The position numbers and the translations under genes are program-made. A stretch of DNA of 59,817 nucleotides, filler included. It is 5 parts of 5 records of this genome, joined end to end, with 100 filler letters (N's around TTAATTAATTAA, not from the genome) between each part and the next. Parts side by side here need not be neighbours in the genome. Positions count along the whole stretch, not along the records: positions 19,810 to 34,699 come from SRR31156797_15722; 4 more parts are not named here. One strand, given 5' to 3'. Below, piece after piece: positions 19,810-31,642 of this stretch (position 1 is the first letter of the stretch; every line of letters starts with the position of its first letter). The notes under the pieces are model-generated. The model was given only the letters and a program-made list of their open reading frames with translations, was not told where the DNA came from and did no database searches.

Positions 19810-22800
19810 CGATACGATTCGTATGCTGGATCTGTTTATTGAGCCAATGGAGCAAGACACCAGCTTTGTTAGTTTATGTTCAAACGAACTTCCATATAAC
19901 TGGAATGGCAATTCAATCGTTGTTTCCGGCGAATACAACGATACAGTAGCAGGAATTATTGGAATTGGTTGCGACACGGTATTGACTTTATTTGTTGAAA
20001 TACATGAACCTGATACGATTGTTTTAGATACTTCCATTTGTCAGGGGGCACCAACTTTTGCCTGGAATAGCCATACGGTGTTAACAGATGCGGATGGAAC
20101 TTACCTTGACACCCTTACCAATATTCATGGTTGCGATTCCTTCTTAACTCTGAATGTAACCATTATCCCTCCACGCATTACAAACGAGTCGATGGAGCTT
20201 TGCCTCGGAGATCCGGCAGTAGCCTGGAACGGTTATTCGATAGTAAGTACCGTGGATAGCATTTATACCGCAACTTTGACCGATGTCTTTGGTTGTGATT
20301 CAATTGTAAGTATGGATGTAAGCATTTTAATGCCTACATACAGCGATGAATTTATGCAGATTTGTGAGAATGAACCGAATACCAGCTGGAATGGACTAAC
20401 AGTAGTTAGTGATAGGGACAGTGTTTATAATACCACATTGGTGAATGCGGTAGGCTGTGATTCAATCCTCACTTTAACGGTTGAATCCCTACCAATCAGC
20501 GAGTTTGAGATAGATACCATTTTATGCGTTGGAGCTCCTGGCTTTGTGTGGAACGGGTTATCTGTTTCAACGATAATTGATGATACCTACCAGACAACAC
20601 TAACTAATTCAGTTGGTTGCGACTCCATTGTTACACTTGACGTAACCCTGGTACCAACAGATACAACAATAGTTGATACAAGTATTTGCGAAGGGGAGCC
20701 TGCCTTTGTATGGGAAGGCCTGACTATAGAAACGTTATTTGACAGTACCTATGAAGCACGTTTAACTAATCAATATGGTTGTGATTCGATACTTAATCTG
20801 GAAGTAAGAATCCTTCCTTCAACTGATACCCTTATCGATACAATCTTATGTTACGGTACTCCGGCTTACGCATGGAACAATCGGGTAATAATATCTGATT
20901 TTGATAGTACTTATCTTGATACTTTAGTAAATGCTGCAGGATGTGATTCCTTATTAACCCTGAATGTAAACATCGTTTATCCTGACACGGTGAACATAGA
21001 TACTACTATTTGTGAAGGTGAACCGATATTTGCCTGGGGGGTGAACACCGTCCATCAGGTTGATTCCTATATCGACAGTAGCTATACCGACATTCAGCAA
21101 AATCGTTTTGGCTGCGACTCAGTTATTTATTTGAATGTGGATATTCTTCGCCCTGCTTACGATCTGGATACAGTGTCGCTTTGTGAAAATGAGGCCTCGT
21201 ATGCCTGGTATAGTCACACCATTTTACCTGACAGGGATAGCATCTACTACGATACACTTTATTATGCAGCCGGCTGTGATTCGCTTCGTTTGCAACTGGA
21301 AGTGATTTCATTACCTGTATCTGATACCATTATGGATACTACCATTTGCGAAGGTAGTCCGGCATTTGTATGGAACAGCCATACCATTTCTTCTTTCACC
21401 GATGGTGTATATCGCGATACATTAACCAACGTTTGGGGTTGCGATTCAACCTTAACTTTAAATGTATTTATTACCCCAACATATAAAGACACTACCAGCC
21501 TCGATATTTGCTTCAATGATCCACCGGTTATCTGGTATGGTCAGACACTAAGTTCGGTTAACGATAGCATGTACATGGCATCCTTGTCAACTGCGGTTGG
21601 TTGCGATTCGTTGTTATTCCTTGATGTAACCATTCTTCCGGTGAGCGATACGGTGATCGATACCTTAATTTGCGAAGACGAACCAACGTTTGTATGGAAC
21701 GGAAATACAGTACAAACCCAAAACGACAGCAGTTACTTTGCAACATTAACCAATGTTTATGGTTGCGACTCGAGTCTGACTTTAAATGTTGAAATTTTAA
21801 GAAAATCGTACAGCTTCACTATCGATACCATTTACGATACAGATGCCCCTTATGCCTGGAACGATTCCTTGTACTATGTGGGTGGAGTTTATGTGGATAC
21901 CCTTATCAATGCTGTAGGATGCGATTCTGTTTTAACGCTCGATCTTACCATAATTGGTCTGGTTATTACCGAAGTATACGATACCATTTGTGCACCTGAC
22001 GGGCCTTATGCCTGGAACGGTAACCTTTATGATACTAGCGGAATGTATGCTGATACTTTATCACGAGCTGGTGGAGGTGATTCCATTGTTAACTTATATC
22101 TGACAATTTTTGAAGAAACATACAGCACACTCGATACCTTGATATGTGCTACCGATGCACCGTTTATTTGGCAGTCGACTCCTTATAGCTCGAGTGGAAC
22201 TTACTACGATACGATACCTAACGCGGTAGGTTGCGATTCCTTATTAACGCTTAACCTGACCATTATTGACGGTGTATTAAGAGATACTTTTGTGGAAGCT
22301 TGCGAAGAATATACATGGCTTGAAGGAACAGGAATTACTTATACCAGCTCGGGAACTTACGATTACCTGACTGGAAATGTGGTTTGTTCAGATACCTTCC
22401 GGTTGCACTTGCTGATTAGTCCACCAATACTATTGTCCGACTCAACCGTTGATGTTTTGTGTTACGGAGATAGTACGGGTTCCATCGATCTTTCCATTTC
22501 CGGAGGAATTGAACCATTTAAAATTACCTGGAATACGGGAGATACAACTGACGATCTTTCGAACTTACCGGCTGGAATCTATTCAGTTTGGGTAAGCGAT
22601 TCATTGGGTTGTAGCGATAGCCTCGAAGTAGAAATACTACAACCGGATTCACTGATGATTTCGGAAACTCATATTGATCTGGGAAATACTTTAGATCCAA
22701 TTGGAAGCATTGATCTTACCATCACCGGAGGTACTGCACCATACGACATCCTATGGAGTAATGGTGAAACCTCAGAAGATCTTTTCAATTTGCCAGCTGG

Positions 22801-25800
22801 TAATTACACTGTAATTGTTAACGATGCTAATAACTGTCCGGCAACATTAACAGTAACATTAACCTCAGATCTTAAAGGATACATGGATTGTTTAGAGGAC
22901 ACCATATTTAGCTGTTATGAAGATTTGAATGGTTACTCAATGTATACTTCATTAACGGCGTATCTTGATACACTGAGGAACATTTACAGCGACTGTGGAG
23001 TGGATACAAGTACCTTTACTGCTGTTGATTCGGTAGTGAGTGCCAGTATTTATTGTTACGAAGAATTGCGTACATACAGCGTAACCGATTCATGTGGAGA
23101 TGAGATTACCTGTGTACAGCGTGTAATTGTAGATGACCAAGAGGCTCCTGTAATTACCTGTCCTCCAACAATAGTGATTACCAACGATGTAGTACCAGGT
23201 GCTTATGCCGATACCTTGGAATTTATTGCTGCAGGAGGACTGTTTAATGATAATTGTGGTGTGGTAAGTTTTACATTTGTGGGTGAAACGTCTGATGGAG
23301 GTTCCGATCCTGAAACAATTACCCGCACCTATGAAGTGGTTGATTATTGTGGAAATACATCAACATGTACACAGCAAATAGAACTATATCTGAGTGCAGA
23401 ATTTACAATCGACTGTAGCGGATTGCCTTCTGAGAATTTTGAGTGTGTTGGCGATTTGCCTCGATACATAACACTCGAAGAGTTCAGGAATGCTGGCGGA
23501 TATGCTTTTAGTTATCCATTTAATATTACCGACTTTGATGTAACCGATGATATTGGAAGTAATCGTTGTCCTGAAGTTGTTATTTATACTTACACAATTA
23601 CCAATTCGAACGGCGAAACTGCAAGTTGTACACAGCGTTTTGAAGTGAATGATGAAACACCACCAACTTTAATATTGCCAGACAAACACATTTACTGTAA
23701 CGAAAGCTGGCCTACTTATTCAAATTACGTTGACGTTTTACAATTCCAAACATCGCATGGTAACGATGCATTTGATAATTGTGGTAACAGGTCTATTCGT
23801 TTTGTGAGCTTGCTGAGTTATAGTGAGTCAGGTAGTTGTCCGGTAGTTCAGGAAAGAGTTTATCGAATTGAGGATTGGTGTGGTAATCGTTCAGAAGAAA
23901 CTGAATTGGTTTATGTGCACGATACCGTTCCTCCGGTTGTAACCAATTTCCCAACCGAAATTACAGCCGATTGTGAGGTTCCAACACCAATTGCTGATGC
24001 CTCGCTATATGCTTCTGATGATTGTGCTACCGTTGAATTAACTTACCGCGATTCTTTGGCAGGATCCGACGAACCTGGTGTAGTATATCGTTTCTATACC
24101 TTTACAGATGGTTGTAATCCGGTTGAGGTAGTTCAGAAAATAACTATTGTGTTAACCGAAGTTCCGGAACTGGCTGCTGTCGCTCCAATTTGTCAGTTTA
24201 GTACCGTTCCGGCGTTGCCAACAACCTCATTAAATGGTATTACCGGAACATGGATTCCTGACAGCATTTTATCTGATGTACCAGGAACGTTTGATTATAT
24301 TTTCTATCCGGACTCAGGACAATGTGCGGGACCTGCTGCTTTAAGTATTGTTGTTGTTCCTGCTATAGAGTTAAGTGAAACACACATTGATCAGGCCTAT
24401 AATCCTAATCCGGTTGGAAGTATTGACCTTGAGATCTTTGGTGGTGCAAGTCCATATGATATAACCTGGACTGGCCCGAATGGTATTAATGAATCCATAG
24501 AAGATCTTTATAATCTGCCTGCTGGACAGTATCGGGTAGAAGTTAGTGATTCTGCAGGCTGTTATGATAGTCTTACGGTTACCTTAGTTGCAAGCTTGCC
24601 AGAATTTAGCTGTCCTCCGGATACTTTAATTGAATGCCCGGATATTACAGCATATGCTGCCTTTGATAATATCAGCGACTTTATTGCGGGTGGAGGATAT
24701 TATAATCCGGTTGACATTGTGGCCGATTTGTATAGTTTCGACGATACGGTCTCCAGCGAACATTGTTTAAGCATAGATCGGACATATGTGGTTCAGGATA
24801 TTTATGGAAGAGTAGACTCTTGCACCCAAAGAATTGATTTCTTCGATTTAATTCCTCCGGTAATAACCTGTATGGCAGATACAAGTTCAGAATGTTTATC
24901 GGATGTGGTAGCTGATATTGAGACTTATGCTGATTTTGTTGCTGCCGGTGGTAGTGCAACAGATAACTGTGGTATCGATCCAGAATCATTCTGGTTTAAC
25001 CAAACTAGCAATAGAACAATAAATACAACTGAAATAATAACTGTCTACGGTATTGCCGATAAGTGTGGAAATCTGGATTCCTGTGTTCAGGTAATTATCT
25101 TAACCGATACTATTCCTCCGGAAGCAATTTGTAACAGTATTACTGTTCAATTGGATGATGAAGGACGATATGTATTAACCGACATCGATATGCGGACTAT
25201 TTCGCAAGGTTCGAACGATAATTGTACTGCCGAAGAAGACCTGATCATTGAAATAGACGAAGTAGAGTTTACTTGCGAAGATGTAGAAGAAGGTAGGTTG
25301 GTGAATGTTGTAGTAACCGACGAAGCTGGAAATTCAACCGTTTGTATGGCAGAAATCAGTGTTGAAGATATGGTGCCACCAACAGCAATTTGTCAAAACA
25401 TTACTGTTTATCTCGATGAAACCGGAGTGGTATTTATCGATCCTTCTATGATTAATAACGGATCTTTCGACAATTGTAAGATTGAGGCTATGCAACTTTC
25501 ACGTAACCGTTTTGACTGTTTTGATGTAGGTGAAAACCTTGTTGAGTTGTACGTTATTGATCTTTACGATTTACGAGATACCTGTGAAGCGATTGTAACT
25601 GTTATTGACCCTGTGGATCCTTATATCTCTTGCCTTCCGAAACAAACCATTCAGCTGGATGAATACGGCAAACTTGCATTGAGTTGGGATATGGTTACTG
25701 ATAGTGTTTCAGATGCTTGTGGTATTGATACGATATTACTGGATCAATATGAATTGGATTGTGATAACATTGGAACAACCTTTATAACGGCTACTGCTTA

Positions 25801-27406
25801 CGATGTAAATGGTAATTCAAGTTCTTGTACGGCAGAATTTGAGATATATGGAAATGTGCCGCCAAATGTGATAAACGACTCGGCAGTAACAGCAATGAAT
25901 GTTGCCATTGATATTCCGGTAACTAATAACGATTACGATCTGAAGACGAATATTAATTTATCAACTCTTGGTGTTGTAATTGATCCAAGTCATGGTTTTG
26001 TTATGGTGAACAATGAAACAGGTGTTGTAACCTATACTCCGGAGCAGGATTACGTAGGTCCGGATATTTTCAGATATATTATTTATGATGACGGTATTCC
26101 ATGTGAACCTATGCCAGGTGAAGCTATTGTATTTATTACTGTTCGTCCGGCTAACGATCCACCGGTAGCAGTTGATGATTACTTTGAGGTACCATGTGGC
26201 GACTTGTTTGGAAGTGTAATTCTAAATGATTCTGATCCGGATGGTGATGAGATATCAGTTAATCCGATACCGGTTACACCACCTGACAGTGGCATGCTAA
26301 CTTTGTACTCGAATGGTAACTTTGAATACATACCTTTCGAAGGATTCTTTGGTACCGATAGTTTCCAATATGTAATCTGTGATAATGGTATTCCGTCGCT
26401 TTGTGATACGGCCTGGGTGTATATTACGCGTGTACCGGATAATGATTGTGATGGAATAGCCGATGTTGATGACATTGATGATGATAATGATGGAATTCTT
26501 GATGTTGTTGAGGGAGATCGGGCTATCGATTCCGACCACGATGGTATCCCGGATAGTTACGATATCGATTCTGATAATGACGGCATTCCGGATAATATCG
26601 AGGGTCAGGGAGAACACAACTACATTCCTCCAACAGGAAGAGATGGCAATGGAAATGGATGGGATGATGCTTACGATCCTGAAAACGGAGGCTATCCATT
26701 TACTCCGGAAGATACTGATGGTGATTCGATGCCAGACTACCTGGATATTGATTCTGATAATGATGGAGTATTCGACTTGATTGAAGGACACGATGACGAT
26801 AACAACGGTATTGCAGATGTTCTGAGATGGTACAGCGATGAAGACCAGGATGGATTGGATGATGCGTATGATACTTATTCCGGTTGGGCTGACTATGGTA
26901 ACGAAACTGCCAGCAATGCTCCACTTCAGGACTTTGATGGAGATGGAACCCGTGATTGGCGCGACACCAACGACGAAGATGATGAATACCAAACAGTTGA
27001 TGAGGATCTGAATGGTGACGGTGATTATAGTAATGACGACCTTGATTTGGATGGTTATCCTGAATATTTAGATACAGAAATGGATTGTGAGTTGTTTATA
27101 CCGGAAGGATTCTCACCAAACGATGATGGTGTTCACGACTTCTTCCAGATTCTTTGTATCCAAAAGTATCCGAATGCCAAGTTGATGATTTTCAACAGAA
27201 ATGGTATTAAACTTTGGGAGAAAGAACATTACGGTAACCTCGATGTTTGGGGAACCTACGAAGATGCCTGGTGGTGGGGTAACACCGAACATACCCTTAC
27301 AATTGGTAGATCTGGAGGATTACCAGCTGGTAACTATATTTATGTACTCATCTTAAACGATGGATTGGGTACTGTGAAGAATGGTACGGTAATGTTGGCA
27401 TACTAA
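19810..27406 (+). CDS. Giant repetitive surface protein with T9SS type-B (gliding-motility-associated) C-terminal domain, 5' truncated
   Basis: About 15 tandem repeats with C..W..GCDS, SprB-like repeats (GSIDL..GG..PY..W), HYR-like and Ig-like units, Asp-rich DxDxDG repeats, C-terminal IPEGFSPNDDG..LPAGNYIY. Confidence 0.9.
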
Positions 27407-27544
27407 AAGAAAAGAATTGGTGGAAATGAGGGAGTCATAAAAGTGAGATCCTAACTAAATGTCGGTTTTGCAATATTAGCGTATTAAACATTTTTCAAAG
27501 TGGCATGATATTTGTAACTAGCTGGTAAACAAAAAACTAACCCT

Positions 27545-30010
27545 ATGTTAAAGCTAATTTCTCCATTCGTAATCCTGTTGTCATTATCATTTCTGTCAAA
27601 GGCGCAAAACATTCAATCGTATATCCAAACACAGGAAACAACTTCAGGTCAGAAACTGTACTTACATACCGATCGTGAGTTTTATTTTTTTGGAGATACG
27701 CTTTGGTTCTCGGCTTACCTGTTAAATGCTCAAAGTCATACTTACATTCTTGATTCTTGCAATATGTACGTGGAATTGATTGATAATAACAAAAACATTG
27801 TTTGTAAAGAAATGATTTTGATGTTTAGTGGCTTTGGTGCAGGATTTCTGAATCTAGACGATATCGCTTTGGAAGGAGGAAGCTATAAGTTTCGGGCTTT
27901 TACCGATTTTATGCAAGAATATGACAATGAGAATATATTTTGCAAAGATATTACTGTCAGTCATGTCAAAAATCAGGCGCATCAAACGGTCGATAAAAAA
28001 AATCAAAAAGAAAAACTGCATATCGATTTGCTTCCCGAAGGGGGTGCTCTGTTAAAAGATAATATTAATCGTGTTGCCTTTCATGTTTATAATCAGGAAG
28101 GAAAGCCTGTTGATGCCAAAGGGAGTCTATTTTCTGCTTCCGGGAGTAAATTGTTAGATTTTGAAACCTCCTATAGAGGATTGGGTGAGATGTATTTAAT
28201 TCCGGAAAAGGGAGAAAAATACCGCATTACACTTGAAGGTAAGAAAAGGGTTAACTACAGTATCCCAGAAGTAAAGGACAAAGGAATTATTTTGTCGTTT
28301 GTTGCACAAAAAGAGGATGGAATTTTATTTCGTTTGATTTCAGAGAACATGCAGAAACAGGATTATTATCTGGTAACAATGCACAGGGGGCGCTTAAGTG
28401 ACTATTTGAAGTTTGAATCGGTTAGCGATGATAAGCTTATAAAAGTGAGTACCGACATCTTATACCCGGGTATTAATAGAATTATATTGCTCAACCAGAA
28501 CTTGGAACCTTTATCGGAACGTCAGTACTTTTATAATTCAAAAAAAGATATTTTAACGATTCCTGTTAATGCCGATAAAACCGATTTTCGTACGAGAGAA
28601 GAGATAAGCTTGAATCTTCAAACACCAGATGGTTTGAAAGAAAACTTTTTGTGCAGGGCGTCAGTAACGGTATTTAATTACGATTTAATACCCGAAACCG
28701 GAATAGCGCAAGATGTGCGGTCATATCTACTGTTAGACTCAGAATTAAAAGGAACAATTGCAGATGTTGCTGATTTTTTTACGGATTCAGACAGTATATC
28801 TGCAGAAAAAAAACTGGATCTTTTATTATTAACACATGGCTGGAGTACTTATGTTTGGCCAAAATACGCAGCTAAGGAACCTGAAAAACCGGAATATCCT
28901 GGTCCGGGATTTCAATTTAATGGAAACGTTAAAAGATTGGTGTTGAATAAGCCATTTGTGAATACCCAAGTTTTATTAAATGTGTTAAATGATTTTGATG
29001 AACGATTGGTTACTAAGCAAACAGATGATCAAGGTAATTTTCGGTTTAGTAATGTAGAATTTTATGACACTTCAGTAGTATATATACACGCTCTAAATTA
29101 TAGAAATAGAAACAATACCAGACTTGAGCTTTCTTATACAGGACAAGAAAGTTTTCCGGTTAAAGAATCAGAACTGTCGACCGATGGTGTGAAAAGAAAG
29201 ATCTCATTGGGCATGTATCGCCAGCAATACGTTAATGAATTGAAACTGGATGAATATTATCCTGATCGGAAAAGCCGTATTTTGGAAGAAATTACGGTTG
29301 TTGAGCAGCGACTGGAAAAGGATGATGGTCATTATCGGATATATGGCAATCCGAGTCATTCAGTCAAGGTTGAAAAGCAACATTATGCATACTTAAATGT
29401 GTTCCAGTTCTTACAAGGGCGTATTGCGGGGGTGTATGCATCGCCAGAACATAATTACGTTTTAATAAGAGGTGGTTTCCCTTCGCTTACGGGTTTTAAA
29501 GGAGCTTTGTTTCTTCTCGATGGCATGAAAGTGGATGCTGAAATTATTATGTCAATTCCGATGCCAGATATAGATAAAGTTGAGATTCTAAAAGGTCCGG
29601 ATGCAGCTATATTTGGAATGGAAGGTAGTGGTGGAGTGGTATCCGTTTTTACAAAGACTTGGATTATGGATGAATTTGAGGAATTAGAATTAAAAGGAAT
29701 CTTTGCACAAAAAATCAAAGGATTTCAGAAGTACCGATCATTCTATTCTCCAAAATATACCCGTAAAAAGCTTCAATCGCCAATTCCGGACTTTAGGCAA
29801 ACACTTTATTGGAACCCTTATGTGATCCTGAATGGAAAGGACCAGGAGTTATCGTTTTATTCGTGCGATAACCTGGCTACCTACAAAGTTATTGTAGAAG
29901 GTGTAAGCACAAGTGGAAGAATTTGTTTGGGAGAAACTTCGTTTGTTGTTAATAAGCGAAACAAAAAAGTTAACACAATGCCTGTTTCATATCAGCAATC
30001 AGGTCGGTAA
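27545..30010 (+). CDS. Bacteroidota secreted protein with macroglobulin-like N-terminus and TonB-dependent receptor plug domain
   Basis: Signal peptide; KLYLHTDR..GDTLWF; LLLLTHGW; IDKVEILKGPDAAIFG plug motif; DFRQTLYWNP. Confidence 0.8.
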   Translation: MLKLISPFVILLSLSFLSKAQNIQSYIQTQETTSGQKLYLHTDREFYFFGDTLWFSAYLLNAQSHTYILDSCNMYVELIDNNKNIVCKEMILMFSGFGAGFLNLDDIALEGGSYKFRAFTDFMQEYDNENIFCKDITVSHVKNQAHQTVDKKNQKEKLHIDLLPEGGALLKDNINRVAFHVYNQEGKPVDAKGSLFSASGSKLLDFETSYRGLGEMYLIPEKGEKYRITLEGKKRVNYSIPEVKDKGIILSFVAQKEDGILFRLISENMQKQDYYLVTMHRGRLSDYLKFESVSDDKLIKVSTDILYPGINRIILLNQNLEPLSERQYFYNSKKDILTIPVNADKTDFRTREEISLNLQTPDGLKENFLCRASVTVFNYDLIPETGIAQDVRSYLLLDSELKGTIADVADFFTDSDSISAEKKLDLLLLTHGWSTYVWPKYAAKEPEKPEYPGPGFQFNGNVKRLVLNKPFVNTQVLLNVLNDFDERLVTKQTDDQGNFRFSNVEFYDTSVVYIHALNYRNRNNTRLELSYTGQESFPVKESELSTDGVKRKISLGMYRQQYVNELKLDEYYPDRKSRILEEITVVEQRLEKDDGHYRIYGNPSHSVKVEKQHYAYLNVFQFLQGRIAGVYASPEHNYVLIRGGFPSLTGFKGALFLLDGMKVDAEIIMSIPMPDIDKVEILKGPDAAIFGMEGSGGVVSVFTKTWIMDEFEELELKGIFAQKIKGFQKYRSFYSPKYTRKKLQSPIPDFRQTLYWNPYVILNGKDQELSFYSCDNLATYKVIVEGVSTSGRICLGETSFVVNKRNKKVNTMPVSYQQSGR

Positions 30011-31202
30011 CATTCTCAATTCCAACCGAAAGTCGAAGCATCCGATTATTAATGCCAGCCTTTTGTCGTTCATCCTCAGTAAACTCGGCATAAATGGTAG
30101 AGTGCGGATGAATGATTAAGGTTTTATTGTCGTTTAGGTTGGTTGCACGGCGTATAACCTGAAGCTTATTCATAAAATTATAACAAGCTCTTTTAGATTT
30201 CAATTCAAAACCCATAATGGTTCCTGGTATTCCGTTAAAATACTTTTGCGCCGAATCGAAGTTTTCATTCACCTTTAATCCCGGGTAGTTTACTTTTTTA
30301 ATTTCCGGATGGTTGCTTAAGAATGCTCCCAAATCCAAACAGTTTTGATAACATTTTTCAACACGTAACTCCAAAATATCCAATCCCAGAATCATGTTAC
30401 GTGCCGTTTGTGGAGCCATGCTTCCACCGGTATTTCTGTAAACATTTTTCCGGATTTTGGTAACAAATGCATCCTGTCCAAATTGTTCGGAATAATTATC
30501 AAAATTAGGATTCAAACTCCAGTTAAAATTTCCATGATCAATAATGGCCCCACCAAACGAAGTTGCGCCACCTGAAATATATTTTGTAGTTGATAATACT
30601 TCTATATTTACTCCAAATTTTGAGGCCGCAAAAACGTTCGGAGGAGTAATCGTACTATCGGCAATAAGTAATAAATTATATTTACGGGCAATTCTTGATA
30701 ACATTTCAATATCTGCAATTTCAAGCTGAGGATTGGTTACCGTTTCAAAATAAATGGCACGTGTTTTTTTGTCGATAAATTTTTCAATTTCAGTTTCCGA
30801 ATCAAGATTGGAGAAACGGGTTTCCAGCCCAAATTCTTTAAGTGTTTGATTAAATAATGCAAAGGTATGGCCAAACAAACGGTTTCCTGAGATTATATTA
30901 TCGCCGGATTTTGTTATTGCCATTATAGTGTTTGATATTGCAGTCATTCCCGAACTAACAGCAATAACCTTCTGGCTGTTGGTAAGTGTTTTTAGTTTCA
31001 GCTCAAAGTATTCTACTGTTGGGCTTGATGAACGCGAATAAACATGGGACATATAATCACCTTTAAAATTCGCTTCAATTTGTTCGGCAGAATCAAACTC
31101 AAAGGCAACAGCTTCATATAAGGGCATTTGTAATGCTTTGTGTGGGTCGGCTTTTACATATGGTACATTTAAAGCGGTTGTTGTAAATCCTCTTTTATTC
31201 AT
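29970..31202 (-). CDS. Cys/Met metabolism PLP-dependent enzyme (O-acetyl/O-succinylhomoserine sulfhydrylase-like)
   Basis: YSRSSSPT, SSGMTAI, STTKY (PLP lysine), LRLSVGIE. Confidence 0.9.
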   Translation of the reverse strand: MNKRGFTTTALNVPYVKADPHKALQMPLYEAVAFEFDSAEQIEANFKGDYMSHVYSRSSSPTVEYFELKLKTLTNSQKVIAVSSGMTAISNTIMAITKSGDNIISGNRLFGHTFALFNQTLKEFGLETRFSNLDSETEIEKFIDKKTRAIYFETVTNPQLEIADIEMLSRIARKYNLLLIADSTITPPNVFAASKFGVNIEVLSTTKYISGGATSFGGAIIDHGNFNWSLNPNFDNYSEQFGQDAFVTKIRKNVYRNTGGSMAPQTARNMILGLDILELRVEKCYQNCLDLGAFLSNHPEIKKVNYPGLKVNENFDSAQKYFNGIPGTIMGFELKSKRACYNFMNKLQVIRRATNLNDNKTLIIHPHSTIYAEFTEDERQKAGINNRMLRLSVGIENVTDLIADMKQALC

Positions 31203-31373
31203 GAAAAATTGGTTTTTATAAATTTTGGTAAGAAATATTCTGATATTTCTTACGTAGAAAACAATTATACAACATAAAAAGTTTTGTTTTATAAATCTTA
31301 TTGTGGTACGAAAATTGTTACAATGCCACCAGTTTTAAGTTAATAATTAAAACAGCAATTAGTTAAAACTATA

Positions 31374-31407
31374 GAGCCATGGCGTCCCCCGTCATGGCTC
31401 CCTTTTT
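31374..31407 (+). repeat. GC-rich hairpin with C-rich loop and T tail (terminator-like)
   Basis: GAGCCATGGCG-TCCCC-CGTCATGGCTC followed by CCTTTTT. Confidence 0.55.
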
Positions 31408-31507
31408 ATGCTTTTAAGCATATGTCGGAAATATAAAAGATTTTTTGTATTTCCTTAATTTTGGTTGGGTTTTTAATTAATCAATTAAATCCATTTATAG
31501 TAAATCA

Positions 31508-31535
31508 AGGCCATGATGCCCCCGCATCATGGCCT
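31508..31535 (+). repeat. Perfect 12-bp hairpin related to the one at 31374
   Basis: AGGCCATGATGC-CCCC-GCATCATGGCCT. Confidence 0.6.
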
Positions 31536-31642
31536 GTTTAAATAAAGTTTCAAGTAATTTTTTTCTCTGCATGTAGTTTTAACTACTGATTCTGTATCTT
31601 TATAAAAACTAATATCAAGACAAAATCATAGAAAAGAAGCAA

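Noticed and set aside
19823-22270. Periodic GGTTGCGATTC-like motifs as a DNA repeat array
   Set aside because: They encode the GCDS protein repeats within one continuous ORF and vary at synonymous positions
29970-30010. 41-bp convergent overlap of two gene ends
   Set aside because: Short tail-to-tail overlaps are common and there is no further signal
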